A stretch of DNA of 64,000 nt from Raillietiella orientalis (Eukaryota), in NCBI GenBank assembly GCA_036172245.1, contig JAYWIR010000021.1:2480001-2544000 (forward strand). The letters run 5' to 3'. Shown one piece after another: positions 50,037-62,879 of this stretch. The notes beneath the pieces are model-generated. The model was not told the origin of the DNA. It searched no databases and saw nothing but the letters and a program-made list of their open reading frames with translations. The first letter of the stretch is position 1. Each line of letters starts with the position of its first letter. Made by a program: the position numbers and the translations under genes.

Positions 50037-51740
50037 CCTACATTACTAATTTAAAAGCGTGCACAACGAAAAACTCTGCCTTCTACCCGCTTTAAGCCCA
50101 GAGATTCAACCGAAAGCTTTCTGAGCCCAGTAGTTATAGAATTCCCTATTAAGCAAAAGTTATCCGAAAGTGGCAAGGAGGATTCCGGAAAATGTGTGAC
50201 GGAAAAGTGCATCTTGAGGGGAATAGGCCAAGTGGACACCCACGTTTAGGAAGGTGGCTACGAAAATTGGATTTGCACTACAGATGAGAAGAAATCAAGT
50301 CCACTGGGCTTTAAAGTCATGTTGGACGGTAGAGTGGTTGGAAGCGCTTCCTGGAGAAAGGAATTTTTCATAGGCATCATCACCACAGCAAGTGGCAGCA
50401 GAAAGTGGTAGGAGGCCCTTTCATTGAAAAGTGGTTCACAACTCCTCCGTCTGTGGAGCTCTCTGGGGATTCGCTGCTTCTGCAAGACAACTGCTAGAGG
50501 ATTTTCTCAGTTTCGGGACTGCGGTGACTCCAGGCTGACCCTTTTGCTTTCAAAAAGAATGACGACTCACTTTCAAGAACTTTGGGAACAGAACTTTCAA
50601 CTGCCGAAGTCGAAAAACATCCGGAAGAGCATTCGATTCTACATAGGCCTCTTTGAGCAAAATGCTTCGAAGTTGTAGGCGGTTTCCACTTCCGAGACAC
50701 TTTGTCGGGTGATTTCAGATGTGGTTGGTTGCTACTGGAAGCGGAGATCGGTTCATCGGATGGGGTTTCTCACTGTTTGTACTCCTGGATGAACGAAAAC
50801 CACAGATGCTTATGCAAACCTTTGTTCTTCCAAGCACTCCATTATCGTGGGATAGGAAGTGACGAGATGGTACGAACTGGCTCCACAAGACGCCTGAGTT
50901 CGAGAGATGCAATGATAAAGTGTAAATGGGTTTTAAGTGCATGGGGCAAAGTTCAAACGACCATAAGCAGCGGACGTACTGACAGGCAGCGCCTACGCGT
51001 GGGTCACCATAAGCAAGAGAAAAACGTTCAGAGGACCTCGAAAGCTGATCACATCTCGGTCTGTTGATAAAGACGCATCAGAGAAAATGCCTTTCTTTTT
51101 TTCGATTCGCGAGCAAAATTTCCTCATACCCACGTGGCCCTGAGCTTAGCTACAAAGTATACCTAAATCGACACGTGTTTTCGTAATCCTTTCCCCCAGA
51201 ATTTATCGGAACGTGCCGTTTGCCAAAAACGGCATGCTCCGATAAAAGAAAACAGAACTTTTTAAACGAACAAACAAAGGTCAACTTTGGATTCTCACTT
51301 GTACGGAAGTGCTCATAACTCTCAAGAGAGATCAAAAAAGGCAAAGAACGCATGCAACAGACAATGAGCGCTTCGGTGAAAATTTAGAAACAGTTTGCAA
51401 AGAGTACCACTAATATGGAAAATACTCGCTGATTCCACCTTAATTCAACCGAACACTGAATTCCAATCGTATTCTCACGTCATTTATTCCTCACCAAATC
51501 TCCCTTGACTAAAAAGGAAACTCAGGAACAAGAGGCAAGACATTCAGTGCTTAGGATAATTGGATTACTTCCATTATCCGTTGATTTCATTACATTTCAC
51601 TCATTTCTGGGTGAAGATTTCTCGAACCCAGGTGAAGTCTGAAAACGTTAATGGTCAGCCAAGAGGAATACGAGGTACAAATGGGTGAAGAGAAAACCAA
51701 AGTAACAGAGACGCCTGAAAGATAATTGAGATAGCACGTA

Positions 51741-52126
51741 AGGGAATCTGGGAACAGAAAGGGTTGAAGTTTCGACTATCAGAGGGGAACCGGGAGACGG
51801 AAAGGGGTTGAAGTTCCGACTATCAGAGGGGAACCGGGAGACGGAAAGGGGTTGAAGTTTCGACTTTCAGAGGGGAACCGGGAGACGGAAAGGGGTTGAA
51901 GTTCCGACTATCAGAGGGGAACCGGGAGACGGAAAGGGGTTGAAGTTTCGACTATCAGAGGGGAACCGGGAGACGGAAAGGGGTTGAAGTTTCGACTTTC
52001 AGAGGGGAACCGGGAGACGGAAAGGGGTTGAAGTTTTTACTTTCAGAGGGGAACCGGGAGACGGAAAGGGGTTGAAGTTTTTACTTTCAGAGGGGAACCG
52101 GGAGGCAGAAAGCGGTTGAAGTTTTC
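51741..52126. repeat. 44-bp minisatellite, 8 full copies plus degenerate edges
   Basis: Unit GGGGTTGAAGTTTCGACTATCAGAGGGGAACCGGGAGACGGAAA, recurring at 51761, 51805, ... 52069, with a partial copy at 52113. Confidence 0.97.
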
Positions 52127-52770
52127 TTTTGCATCAGAATCCCTCGCATCCTGGTTTCAGGTTTTTCATCCTGGACTAGGTTTATTCCTCCTATGATCGT
52201 GAGAATCCCCTGATTACAAAGTCACAGCATAGGAGTGAGGTGTCGATTATTTTGTAGCTTCTGCGCATCTTCTTTAATGTCTAAGAATGTGTACACCTTG
52301 CAGAAAATGCAAGGGGCCTCTTCATCTTATCCGTCGACATTTTTTCAATAGGAACTGCGAATGAGCGCACTCCATGGCTGCACGCCGGTGCTGGAATCCT
52401 CATTTCGTTTCTTCAGCCTTCAGCTCTCGGTCAAAAGCTCGGCACCTTCTCTTACACTGGGAATTCATACACGCCCTAGTGTTTATCTTCGAGCCCGTGG
52501 TGTGGGATGATCTGCCACTCTTGTTCTCCACGTGCATGTGTGCTAATTTTCTCAATAATAGACTAATGGATGATTGCTCGCTGCCTCATTTTACTTACTT
52601 GTGTGTGTAAAACGAGCTCTTCGCACCACATCTTGTGAGAACACAAAAATTGCTTTTTTTTTTTCTTCAGCTCCTCACCAGAAAGCAGTTTTCATTCCTA
52701 GATGCTTCCTGGAAAATTCGAAAGTTTCGAGGAATGCCTCTCAGGTAGAAATCGCAATCTGTTGCTTCCT

Positions 52771-52999
52771 ACCCGGTTGCTCCGGGACGTTTATTCATAA
52801 ATGGACAGCCCATCTGGGAACGAAGTTCCCAGACCGAGGGATAAGAAGTTCACGGGAAGGGCTCCCGGACACGCAGGTCGGGCACACCTTAAGTCCCGAA
52901 CGGGAGGGAGGGGACCATAAACAGATAGAAAAAATACACAAAAAAAAAAGATATGGGCATTAAGCATGTCTCTGCGTCATGTTACCACCACTTTCAGGG
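52771..52999 (-). mobile_element. Short 3'-tail insertion, possible 11-bp TSD
   Basis: CCCGG-n5-CCGGG (52772-52786), AATAAA, TCTGGGAAC-gaa-GTTCCCAGA (52813-52833). Flanks TGTTGCTTCCT (52760-52770) and TGTTTCTTCCT (53000-53010). Confidence 0.7.
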
Positions 53000-53010
53000 T
53001 GTTTCTTCCT

Positions 53011-53340
53011 CACAAGAAAACAGAGTCTTCTGGCTGTGATAATTTTCTTTTCCATCAGCTTCATGAGCATCGCTGGAGACCTTAGATCGCATGTGTTTTT
53101 TCCCTCTATGCGTGGACTCATATTGCCATCCGGAATGATCTGTTGGACTCAGCACCTGAGACAGCTTCTCTATGGATACATTGGGGATTACGATCGTCTT
53201 GGGATGTTTCTGAGGCAATTCAGCAGTAGACGGTTCCACACGAGCACGGGAAACATCTGCAGTCTATCACTACTCCGAGAAACGGGAAGCAATCTTAAAG
53301 CAAACTTCTGTGTCATCTTTTTCACATTTATTGCTTGATA
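53011..53340 (+). mobile_element. Old RT remnant
   Basis: MRGLILPSG...FHTSTGNI resembles the pre-YADD GI.LP and post-YADD F...SG..IN segments. Weak. Confidence 0.35.
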
Positions 53341-56300
53341 GAAAAGCTCCAAGAGGATGTTTCTTGGTTAGGGTTGCCTTGAACGAAAGACATGACCATG
53401 GTTTTCATCAGAATGAATCATCAAATAATGTTCGCTGAAGTCTCCATCCCAGCAGAGCCGTGTGACGCAAGCAGTCTGGACTTATTGGAAGATTATTTTC
53501 TTGCAATATGCTGCATCCCTGATCCGGGTTGTACTTCGAGTATGTTGGAATTTTTACAACTCAATAAGTTTCTTGTTGATCCTGCTTTAGCCTTGCGTGC
53601 TGAAATCGCCCGTTTATGTGGATCTGTAAATCTGTGCCAAGCAGGAATCCAAGTCCCTCTATCTAATACCCGAAGCTACTATGGCTTCAACTTACCTGTC
53701 GGTACTTGACTGAAGTTAGGTGGACCGAATCCTTTCCACGTCCGTGCATGCCGAATTATCATGAATTGAACCAAAGGCCGTTTCCAGCTGATTTCTTCGT
53801 GCAACAAGAGAAACCGTGAATGGAGAAAATACCTTTCGAAATCTCTCTGCGTTCTCCGGCTGCGCTGGCATGATACACTCTCCGTGCTTTTGTCTGGTCA
53901 CATCTCCCACATGACACTGACAACAGCGCTGAAGATGAATCGTCCGGTAGAGGGGAAGAAAAGCATGATATGCGTGTACAGTACATTTCTGCTTTCGGAA
54001 TTCATTACGCGATGCTCCACGGGTTCCCCATTTCCTGTGCTGTGTCTGACGTCCACATCATACACAAGGAGGTGTCCTGCCTCGAATTGTTTGCTATCTT
54101 TATGCCTCCGTGACCGCTCGGTTATTCCGTGCTTAGATGAAATGGCCAACCGTTCCTTCAATTTCTAACGATCACAGTGCACGTGCTGGTCCATCCCACT
54201 GGGAAGCTCCTGGGTACGAATAAAGATGCATGCACGCTGGTTTTGTCGTGAAAATTGATGAGCAGGTCCTCGCATCATCGCGAAATGGCTGCTATTACAC
54301 GAGCGATAATCGAGAGATGAAACTGAGAGTTAGCCTTCACGGGGATAGAATATGCTTCTTGCCATCAATACCTCTGGCAAACAGAAAGATACCTTGATGT
54401 CTTGAGCTTCAGAATTACTCTCGTTTCTAAGTCGAGCAAGCTTTTAAGGACAGACTGCTGGAGTTCGATCGATTGTCTCCATCATATAGAGGATTCATGG
54501 AACAACATGACCCAAGCAAGCAGATGAAGTGAGCACGGTCAAAGGTACAGAGAAATTTGCTAGAACGGGTACTGCCGTTAGTGGATGGTAACATCAGCTC
54601 AGTTAGTTTCTTACCACCTCGAGATGCAAGGCAAGGTTTTCGCGAATCCTCTGCTCTCAGGTAGTCCATGGAAACTTTTCCCTCTAGAGATGATCGGACG
54701 TGTCCATAGCGTGTGTCCTTGGCGCAGCAAGGGGAGCACCTTTGGTGCCTGAGGCAGAGCAGGGCTACTCGGCATGTAGCTGGTTATTGCAAAATGGGAC
54801 TGAAAGATTATTAGATACTCCCTCCAGGATCTGAAGTCTTTAAACTTCAGTTGAGCCACTTCCGCGGCCGAAAATCCCTAGGCATTGCACTTCATAGCCT
54901 CTGGAAGCCTCTTAATGCCTCGGCTAGTGACTATCTTGGTTCGACTCGAGGCAATGCTGAAGCCAGTTGCTGACATGCACAAAGGAATTTGTGTGTGGCT
55001 CAGGACAAGAAAAGGACTTTTTCATAACCGGAAGATACGAAAATCAGGTGTTGGACTATCTCTAGGATGAAATATGTGGGAGGAGGCAGAGTTGATCAAC
55101 GCAGTACATGGCTCTTCAGGGCAGAAAATCTCGAGGGGTTGGCTTCCCTTGGTGTGATGCTCCAAGTTAGGAACTGAGAACAGCCAGCTTCCTTCTTCTG
55201 TGATGGAGAGCGACTGGCTCTTTCGTCCAGATTTTCTCCCGAGGAGAATGCGGACCGGAAGGAACAAAAGTGAGATGCCTGATGCTCTCACAGTAGGGAC
55301 GATCTCGAAGGAGAGTCACTGGCTGAAACTCTCGAACATCAGGAGGCTGTGGTGAAAGAACCAGTGCGGAGCCACCAAGGGCCTCCTTCCAAGGCACTCT
55401 CTTTAACACTTGCAGATTACGGAACTTTCCATATTAGGCTGCCTAATAGCTCTTTCACCTCACAGAGAGCAGGACAAACGAAGATTCAAGACCGAAACTA
55501 ACGGAGCACGAAGGGTATTCTGCTTTTTTCTGAGACCAGCAACTCCTGTCCTTAAGCAATCAGAAGGATCTCCGATTAAAGCAACGATGATTCAAGGCTT
55601 TCTTTGAGGAAATGTGGAAGTCGCATATTTACAAGAGGATCATCAAGTCGGATGGCGGCAGTAGAATAGGGAAGCAAGAACTAGATTGTCTTTGGTTCAT
55701 GCTCCGAACGGGACTTTCGCACAGATTGCTTTGATACATATAATCGGCTTTTCTGGGACAGCGGATCCGCCTTTCCGGAGTAATGTGGATCGATTTGGAT
55801 CAAACAAGACTGTACATTTAGAAGAAGAAAAAAAATTTAATTACAAAAAATTCTTGAATGAGAGGGTTTTCATGATTCGTCATGCCAAAAGTTCTTTTTC
55901 CTTTGTGTAACCCTCTCGTCTGCATGTGCCAAAGCGTGATTTTCAGATCAGCAAGCATCTCGAGTGAACGCCATCTTCGTAAATGGGTGGGTGTTGTACT
56001 TTGAACCGACGTCTCTCTTCCATGGGGAAAGTTCTGCACACTGCACTTTTCGCCTCCCATTCTCAGTTACAAGAAGCCTTCGATCTATTTCCCAACCAAA
56101 CCTATTTCTGGAGGCATTGCATTTTTCTACGAACTGCGCTTCACGTTTCTTCCTAGAAAATCTTCCGATGTTTCGTTTTGTTTTTTTGAAAAAAATGAAT
56201 TATGTTTTCGCATTTTTGGCTAGCTGCTGAATACGTGAGAGTGCCGCTACACGCCGCAGACCACATCCAGGAATTGTGATCCCATCCTCATTTGCTTTTG

Positions 56301-56829
56301 GCTAAAGGACCTTCATCTTTCAGCGGAAATTCTAACCAGAAGTTAAAATGAAAGACCTCTATATTAACCATGAGAGGTGAGGGGCATCCGCTCTTCTCGA
56401 ACTAGGAAACTGTCAGTGTGGATCACGTCATCGATCCCTCGCCCGAAAAGAAAAAGAAAAAAGACCACATATCCATCCAATTAGTTCGAATTGCCAGATA
56501 CGTGGAAACGACAGCACTTTCCCTAATTACGATCCTTGTTAAGAATGCCTCTGTTCCTGGCAGTGCTTACTATCTGTTTGTTTCCTAAACTTGTTAACCC
56601 TTATGCCCTCAAACTGAGGAGCTTTGCGAGCTACTTTGTGTCTTCTCGGTGAATTGAAAACATGTTTCAACACGTGCGACACTTCTCTTCCCGACAAAAG
56701 TAAGTTTTCCCGTCCGATTCCCTCTCCAATTGATTCGAAGGCAAAAAGCGAAAAAGTTGAACAGGGAAGTTCCGGCTTTCCGCGCTAGATGGCAGCGCTT
56801 CCCGTCGAGGCTATTGTGTAAGTAAGGAG

Positions 56830-57510
56830 CGAACTTTGTGGGTGAGGAGGGGCAACTCGCCGCAGTTCCCTATGCTGTTCAGCCTTTCAAAGAGGGCTCA
56901 GGGCGATTTGGCTCGGGGCTTTGCTTACTTCCCACTTTGCCGAGCGGAATCGAAGGCCCAACGCATCTCCGCGGATTCTCTGAAACAAAGCCAAATATAT
57001 GATAGTTTGCTTCTGGCAATTCCACTCCAGATACCTAAAATCAATCGTCGAAACGGTCGCAAGTCAGCGGCTAAGCGCACGTCCGTGCACGAACAGGCAG
57101 GGTGTTCCGGAAGGAGAACCCATGATCAGCAATGGGGAAGGCGGAAGAAGATCGGAACGCGAATTCCTTTTTCGCCAGAAGTTATGAGTGAGGCAGAAAA
57201 GGCATTGCCACGGATCTTTCTCGAAATCAGATTCACTCAGACAAACTCGTACTCGTCTTCCGTGGTCATCAAGCCGAAGCTGAAGATATCTACAGCGAGC
57301 TTTCATGATTTGGACTCTCCGCTCCTTTTTGCCATTGAGAGATCTGCCGTTTTCCGGTTCTCGGTGACTTTGTCTACAGCAGGGCGGATTAATCCGGTCC
57401 TGGGAACTCCCGTGCACATGCATCCCCTTGTAGATCTCGGAACCCTGGAGCATGCGTTCAGCATGTGCAGCGAGTAGACCTGCAATTCCGTAAGAAATTT
57501 CCATCATCAT
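56830..57510 (-). mobile_element. Old RT-thumb remnant
   Basis: Minus strand reads DFRYLEW...KWEVSK...ALS, like the YLG...W...LS..GR segment. Weak. Confidence 0.3.
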
Positions 57511-59039
57511 ATTTCACGGGATTAGGCAGGCAGATAAGATTATAGATTTGCAGATTGGGTTTGGTCCCGAATCCGCGAAAGACGCATTTGTGAGTTCCAG
57601 CAGCCACCCACCTGTTGTTTTGATGGAAAACTGACTGTTCGAAACTGTTCTGCTTGCCACGGTTTAATCCCTGCAATCTTAACGTCGGAGAAGGAATAAT
57701 GATTTTGGATTTGTCAGCATTCCACGGTTACCAATGGACCTCTTTCGGAGCGTCGAGTTACGTTTTTCCATCCTGTGATGTGCAGAACCAAGTTTGAATT
57801 TTGATGATCTCTCAAGTTCTCAACTCATGAGGCGTCATTTGTGAAGCCAGCTGTAAAGTGGCAGTAACATCAATGATTACCTGGAGTACTTCCCTAATAT
57901 AGGTCCAAATCCAAATAGCCCAGGTTTTCCTTTGGTGATTCTTCGTCACGACTCAACGAGTTATCGTTGTAGGAGCTTCTCCTACACTACCGGAAGACAC
58001 AGCACGAGTCTGAACACCATCGGGTCATTGCCTGTTTGGGTTTGAACTTGGCCTCGGCTCATCTGAAGATTCGAAGCATCCTCGGTGATTCCTCATAGCT
58101 TTCAATTAGCAAAACTGCCATCATTCTTTATAGCCAATTTCTGCGTTGCATTCTCTTCCTGGATTTATGATTCCATGCTCCCAAAATTGCGAGGCCTGTT
58201 CCTGGAGAAGAATAAACTTTTCAAGAAGATCATTTTTCATCTGAAGCATTCTTCGGCTCCATATGCGCATAACTATTGGTTGTGGAAGAAGAACCAATAG
58301 TCTTCCGGTTATCGAAGATATAGCATCCTATCAGCGGATCTTCTTCCTCTGAATCGAGTGCTCGAGACTGTCAAGTGACGTTTCGTCCTTGGACCTGGTC
58401 CCAACAAGGGCCTCCCTCAATGCAGCGATATCTATTTCCACTTCCGTTGCCTTGTCGACAGCAAAATTATGCAGTTTATTCTGCTCTTTGCCCTGACGAA
58501 TTTCAATTTTTCGTCGCCTCTTTCGTTCTTCCCACCCCAGCCACAGCCCCCTGAAAGTTCCATTCCAAACGCTTCTTCCTTAATGCTTCTGACTAACGTT
58601 AAAGATCTTCGCCGTCGCGCCTCCTCCAAAATTAATGCACGCCTGTCTCTTGCGCTCATTTGCACTCAACGAAATTCGGATTCCACGCTGCACGCATTTT
58701 TCTCTTAGCACACTCACTTTTTCGGAGAGGATCCGCGCTCAGCTGCAAGCCGGTTGAGCATGCCAGGAGTTGACACTGGCTCCTGAGTCTCTCTGCGAAA
58801 ACTAATGATGGCTGACATCATTTTTAAAAAAAAAAAAAAAAAAAAAAATCTCATTTCTTTGGAATTCCCTTGTCTTCAACCATTTGCTTCGAAGCAGACT
58901 TTAAGCACACTTGATTTCCAGCGCAAACTTTCAAGTTGAAACAGATCCATGAAGCTGCCAAGAGAAGAGAAGCTGCCGGAAGACACGCGCTCGAGATTTC
59001 AAGGTCAAGCGCGGATGTGAATCCTTGTCTGGGACTGAG

Positions 59040-60270
59040 GATCACCAGGCCGAATAAACGTTCAGGTGCAGCGCAGGAGAGGAAGCGGATGGAATGCTCA
59101 CGTCCGGCATTATGTAAACAGGAAACGTCTTTTTCTCCCCCCTCCTCCCCCCTTCCTCTTCACAGAACCAGGACCGGGAAAGCCTCGTGCCTCCTCGGGA
59201 CAAATCCTTCGTTCCTCGTTCAACCCTTTCCGCTAACCACTCTTGCACACGAGGAATGCCGGGACCCTCGTCCAACTCTCGACTGTCAAGTCATCAGTGA
59301 CCTGCAACGAAATCTTCCGCAAGAGCATGATAAACGCGGCTCATCCTGCGCTGGAAGAAGAGATGCGAGCAGCATCCGCGCTCCTGTGTCTCAAGGGGCA
59401 GCCGCGGGTTTCAAGAGACCAAGAGCAGGAAGTGGGAACAGCAAGACGACACAGTTCGTTTTTTTTTTTTTTCCTCCCCTCTCGGCCTGACCAGTGCCTC
59501 CAGAAGTGAGTCAAGCCAAGGTGATCGACAAGGCGACCGATGGCGGGAAGGATGGGAATCAGCTTCCCGTCAGCGTTTCCATCCCGGTCCCCAGTGCTGG
59601 AAATTCTCCGATTCAACCCTCCTCTTTTCGTGGAAAAAAGGGGAATGTGGGTTTTGCGCTCCCGGAAGCGGCTTCTCCCGAAACGCCCTCCTCGAAGAGA
59701 CTAGGGAACATTCTTTGCAGTGCTCAAAGGATGTAAATGAAGGAGGTTGGCTTCTTCGTCCCTGCATCGAGGAACTTGCCGTCTTGGTTGGAGGAAGGAA
59801 GGCGGAAAGAGGCAGAGAGGAGATACAGAGGGAAGACAAAGAAGGACTAAGGGTTGAGCATGATGGATCAAATGCAGGAAGGACAAGGCTTCAGCTAAAA
59901 GGTCGTGCTTTGAGGAGCTTTCTGAGGACAAGAGCAAAGCTGTCACTCGCTCAAGAAGGGTGTAGGGAGAAGGTGCGAAAGTGGGCATGGAGTTCGGAGT
60001 CAAGTCCACTTGTTCCCCCACCTCCTCCAGGAAGAAGTCTGCTCCCTACATCGAATTTCACGGGTGCGAAAAATCAAGGAAGTCTTTCTGAGATTTACAT
60101 CCTGGAGTCAAGGACGTCCTGGAGACGGACTTTTTCGACTTGCTCCCCATCGGCCCCAAACGACCTTTCTTGGAAAAGCGCATGCTTTCCGGGATCCCGG
60201 ATTTCTGAACGGATCCCAAGCACCTGTCGAGCTGGGAAACACAGCCCTTCAGGACTTTCCCTTCTCTGAA
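59040..60270 (+). mobile_element. LINE ORF2 C-terminal remnants
   Basis: AASALLCLKG (cf. AIAALCCVRG at 61.4 kb) and CSKDVNEGGWLLRPCIE (EGGLGLP-like). Confidence 0.5.
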
Positions 60271-60289
60271 GGACGCCTTCCGCCCGAAT

Positions 60290-60955
60290 GAGCGCTGCCA
60301 CCTCCTTCGCCTTCCTCCCTTCGCGGTCTGCGTGCTGGTGAACATCCCGAAAGAACTTTTTTTTAAAATGGCTTCCCATGTTTTTTATCCCTTCGGGATA
60401 CATATTCTCTGTAACTTGTAGTTTGTTTTTGCAATAAACGTCCCGGTGTGACCGGGTTAAAACCTCCCAGTTTTTACAGCAGAGATCCCTGCCCTCACCC
60501 TCCCTTCTTTTTTCATTCACTTATTGTCCCCTTTCTCTGTTCCTCACTTTCTGGAAGCCGGCCTGCGTGCCGGTGGTCATCCCTGATGGACTTTTTTTTT
60601 CTGGCTTTTCTTGTCTTTTGAGGGAACTCATCTTCCCCTCAAGCTTGTGATTTGTTTTGTTTGCTTGCTGCAAAATAAACGTCCCGGCAAGACCAGGTTC
60701 CAACTCCCCTTCCCAATGTTACACCAAAGATGCTTGTTCTCATCCCCCCGCCTTGTTTGTTTATATATTTATTGTCCCCTCCCTCCGTTCCTGACTTTTT
60801 GGAAGCCGGCCTGCGTGCCCGTGGTCACCCTTGAGAACTTCTTTTTTTATTGGCATTTCTTGTTTTCCTTTTGTTGTTGTTAAAAGGATACTATTCCCTC
60901 TGGACTTGTAGTTTATTTTCTCGGCGTGCCCGGTTCCCGGCGTGCCGGTTCCAAT
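60290..60955 (+). repeat. Three head-to-tail copies of the LINE 3'-tail repeat (~240-250 bp period)
   Basis: Repeated blocks: ttattgtcccc, GCCGGCCTGCGTGCC (60557, 60806), cttgt[a/g]..tt, AATAAACGTCCCGG-n5-CC[G/A]GGTT (60433, 60674). Confidence 0.85.
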
Positions 60956-61049
60956 CTGCCTTCCCGGATTCTCTTGAAAGACTTGCTGGCGCCTCGCTAG
61001 GATGCTGGCTTGGTCATCCTGACTATTGAGAAGATCGGACTGCAGGTGG

Positions 61050-62620
61050 AATTCCATCACTCTTTATAGTTTATTACTCTTACAGGGATTGATGGGGTCA
61101 AAAGACCTACCGATTCCAATTATTACACTAAAAAGACAAAGGTGCAGGCCGACGAGGTCCATCACATCCACAAAGGGGAAGGGGGATGAAACAAAAAAAG
61201 AAAATGAAAACAAACTATAACAAACAGCAAAAAAAAAAAATTGGGGAGGGGGGGAGGAAGGAAGGGATCACATTCCGTGGTGGGTGAGGCCTCTGCATCC
61301 GTTGAAGGATGCCGGCGAGCTCCTCCTTCTCCCTTTCCAGGTGGGGCCACCTCAAAGCTATCTGCAGGAAGCGGATGGCATGCAGGACAGCCCCCCCGTC
61401 CCTCTGGTCTTTCCCCTCGGCGTCGCACTTCGCCGCGACGACACCGCGCACGCAGCACAGCGCTGCGATTGCGGCTGCGGGCGTCACGGTGACCCGCACG
61501 AAGAGGGGCCTCGAAGAGTCTCTGGGATCGTCCACGGGGTGCGAAAGAGGCACGGAAAAACGTTCCCACAAGCTTCAGAGGATGATGCACTGCATTAATA
61601 GGTGGGGGAAGGTCTCACCTCAGGTCTCACTTTCCCTTCTCTCCACACCTGGCACAGTTCGGCGATGCGCTTCCCCTCGTCCAGTGGTGCCAGCGCGCAT
61701 TGCACGGAAGACCCCAGCGCCGATTGCTGCCATTTGAGGGAAGCAGCTTACTGTTCATAAAAGTTTCAACCCTACGGACTGAATGGAGTAGAGTTCACCC
61801 CAACGTTCCAGTCCTTTAGAGCCGGTTTTTGGTGTTGCTGAGTCAGCCAGCTGACGCGTAGTCCAGCCACTAACAGGCTTTCTGAGGACCGAGATCCCCT
61901 CACTTCGCCGGTAGGCAGGTGCCATGTACATCGATAGCGGAGGACACTGCTGCGGCAAACGGGGTGGCTGCTGGGTAGGCCAACATGGTCAGCTCACTAC
62001 CCACTGCCGTCAGTGTTCTTCCGCTGTTCTGAAACTCTCGGCAGCGGGAACCACGTGAGCTGGGCCCACGTCTTCACTTTCTCCTACCACCAGGCCGGAG
62101 TGTTTACAGGGCGGCACGAAATCCATGTGTTTGCTCTCACCAGAGCAGCGACACACAAGGGAAAGTCGCAAAATGGGAGGCGGCTGTGGTGGCACGCAAA
62201 CAGGGTTGCGAGTCCTTCGCCACCGACCGCCAGCCGAGAGGGCAAACATGCAGGGGCTCACCAATGGGTAGCCTAGTTCTGTGGCCTGTTCTTCTGAAGT
62301 TCAGTTGAACCCCCATGCGATCCAAAGTCAGGAGTCTAAGTCCTCCGTCGCGATGAGTAGAGCACGAACTAAGGACCTTCCATTGCCCCAGAGGGCTTTT
62401 CGAAGGAGGTCGTTTGTTCTTTCCATCACAGCAGCCGGGGACGTGCACCGTGTTTGCAACGATGTGTTGCAGCCGCGCCATCGTCACAGCCCGCCATGTG
62501 TTGGGATCAAGTTCTCAGAGAAGAGAGGCCACCAGGAAAGCAGCAGCCTTCGTGAGAACGGCAGCAAGGTGACCTCATCAGCCAGAAGTCGCCAAGATGA
62601 TTGCCACCATCCATAGTAGC
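61050..62620 (-). mobile_element. 5'-truncated LINE copy (ORF2 C-terminus, CCHC finger, diverged tail)
   Basis: CARCGEK...ETFPHLLMQC, frameshifted by a short GTGAGACCT duplication. Also AAAIAALCCVRGVVAAK, and a tail with gtcggcctgcac and AATAAA. Confidence 0.75.
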
Positions 62621-62664
62621 TTCTAAAAAGCAAGGAACGTCTCGAACTAAAGACCTCTGTTCCC

Positions 62665-62870
62665 ACTCTTCCGTTTTTTTTTATTTATTTATTGTCCCCA
62701 CCCTCCGTTCCCTACTTTTCGGAATCCTGCCTGCATGTCGGTAGTTAACCTGAGGAACTTCTTTTTTTTTTGGCATTTCTTGTTTTTGAGGGGACTCATC
62801 TTCCCCTCCAGCTTGTAGTTTGCTCTGTGTTTTCAAAGCAAGTGTCCCGGTGTAACCGAGTACGAACCTC
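62665..62870 (+). repeat. Copy of LINE 3'-tail repeat
   Basis: Very similar to 60520-60700. Hairpin GAGGGGA-n7-TCCCCTC (62788-62808) and terminal tcccgg-tgtaa-ccgagt. Confidence 0.85.
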
Positions 62871-62879
62871 CCTTCCCTC

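Noticed and set aside
51741..52126. CRISPR array
   Set aside because: Units are contiguous and nearly identical, with no unique spacers or cas genes, in a eukaryotic context.
60433..60465. Terminal hairpin as an snRNA, tRNA or histone stem-loop target site
   Set aside because: It lies inside TSD-bounded inserts, its loop varies, and it matches no such RNA that I recognise.
60575..60600. Hammerhead ribozyme core (CTGATG) in the tail
   Set aside because: It reads CTGATGG, has no suitably placed GAAA, and is not conserved in other copies.
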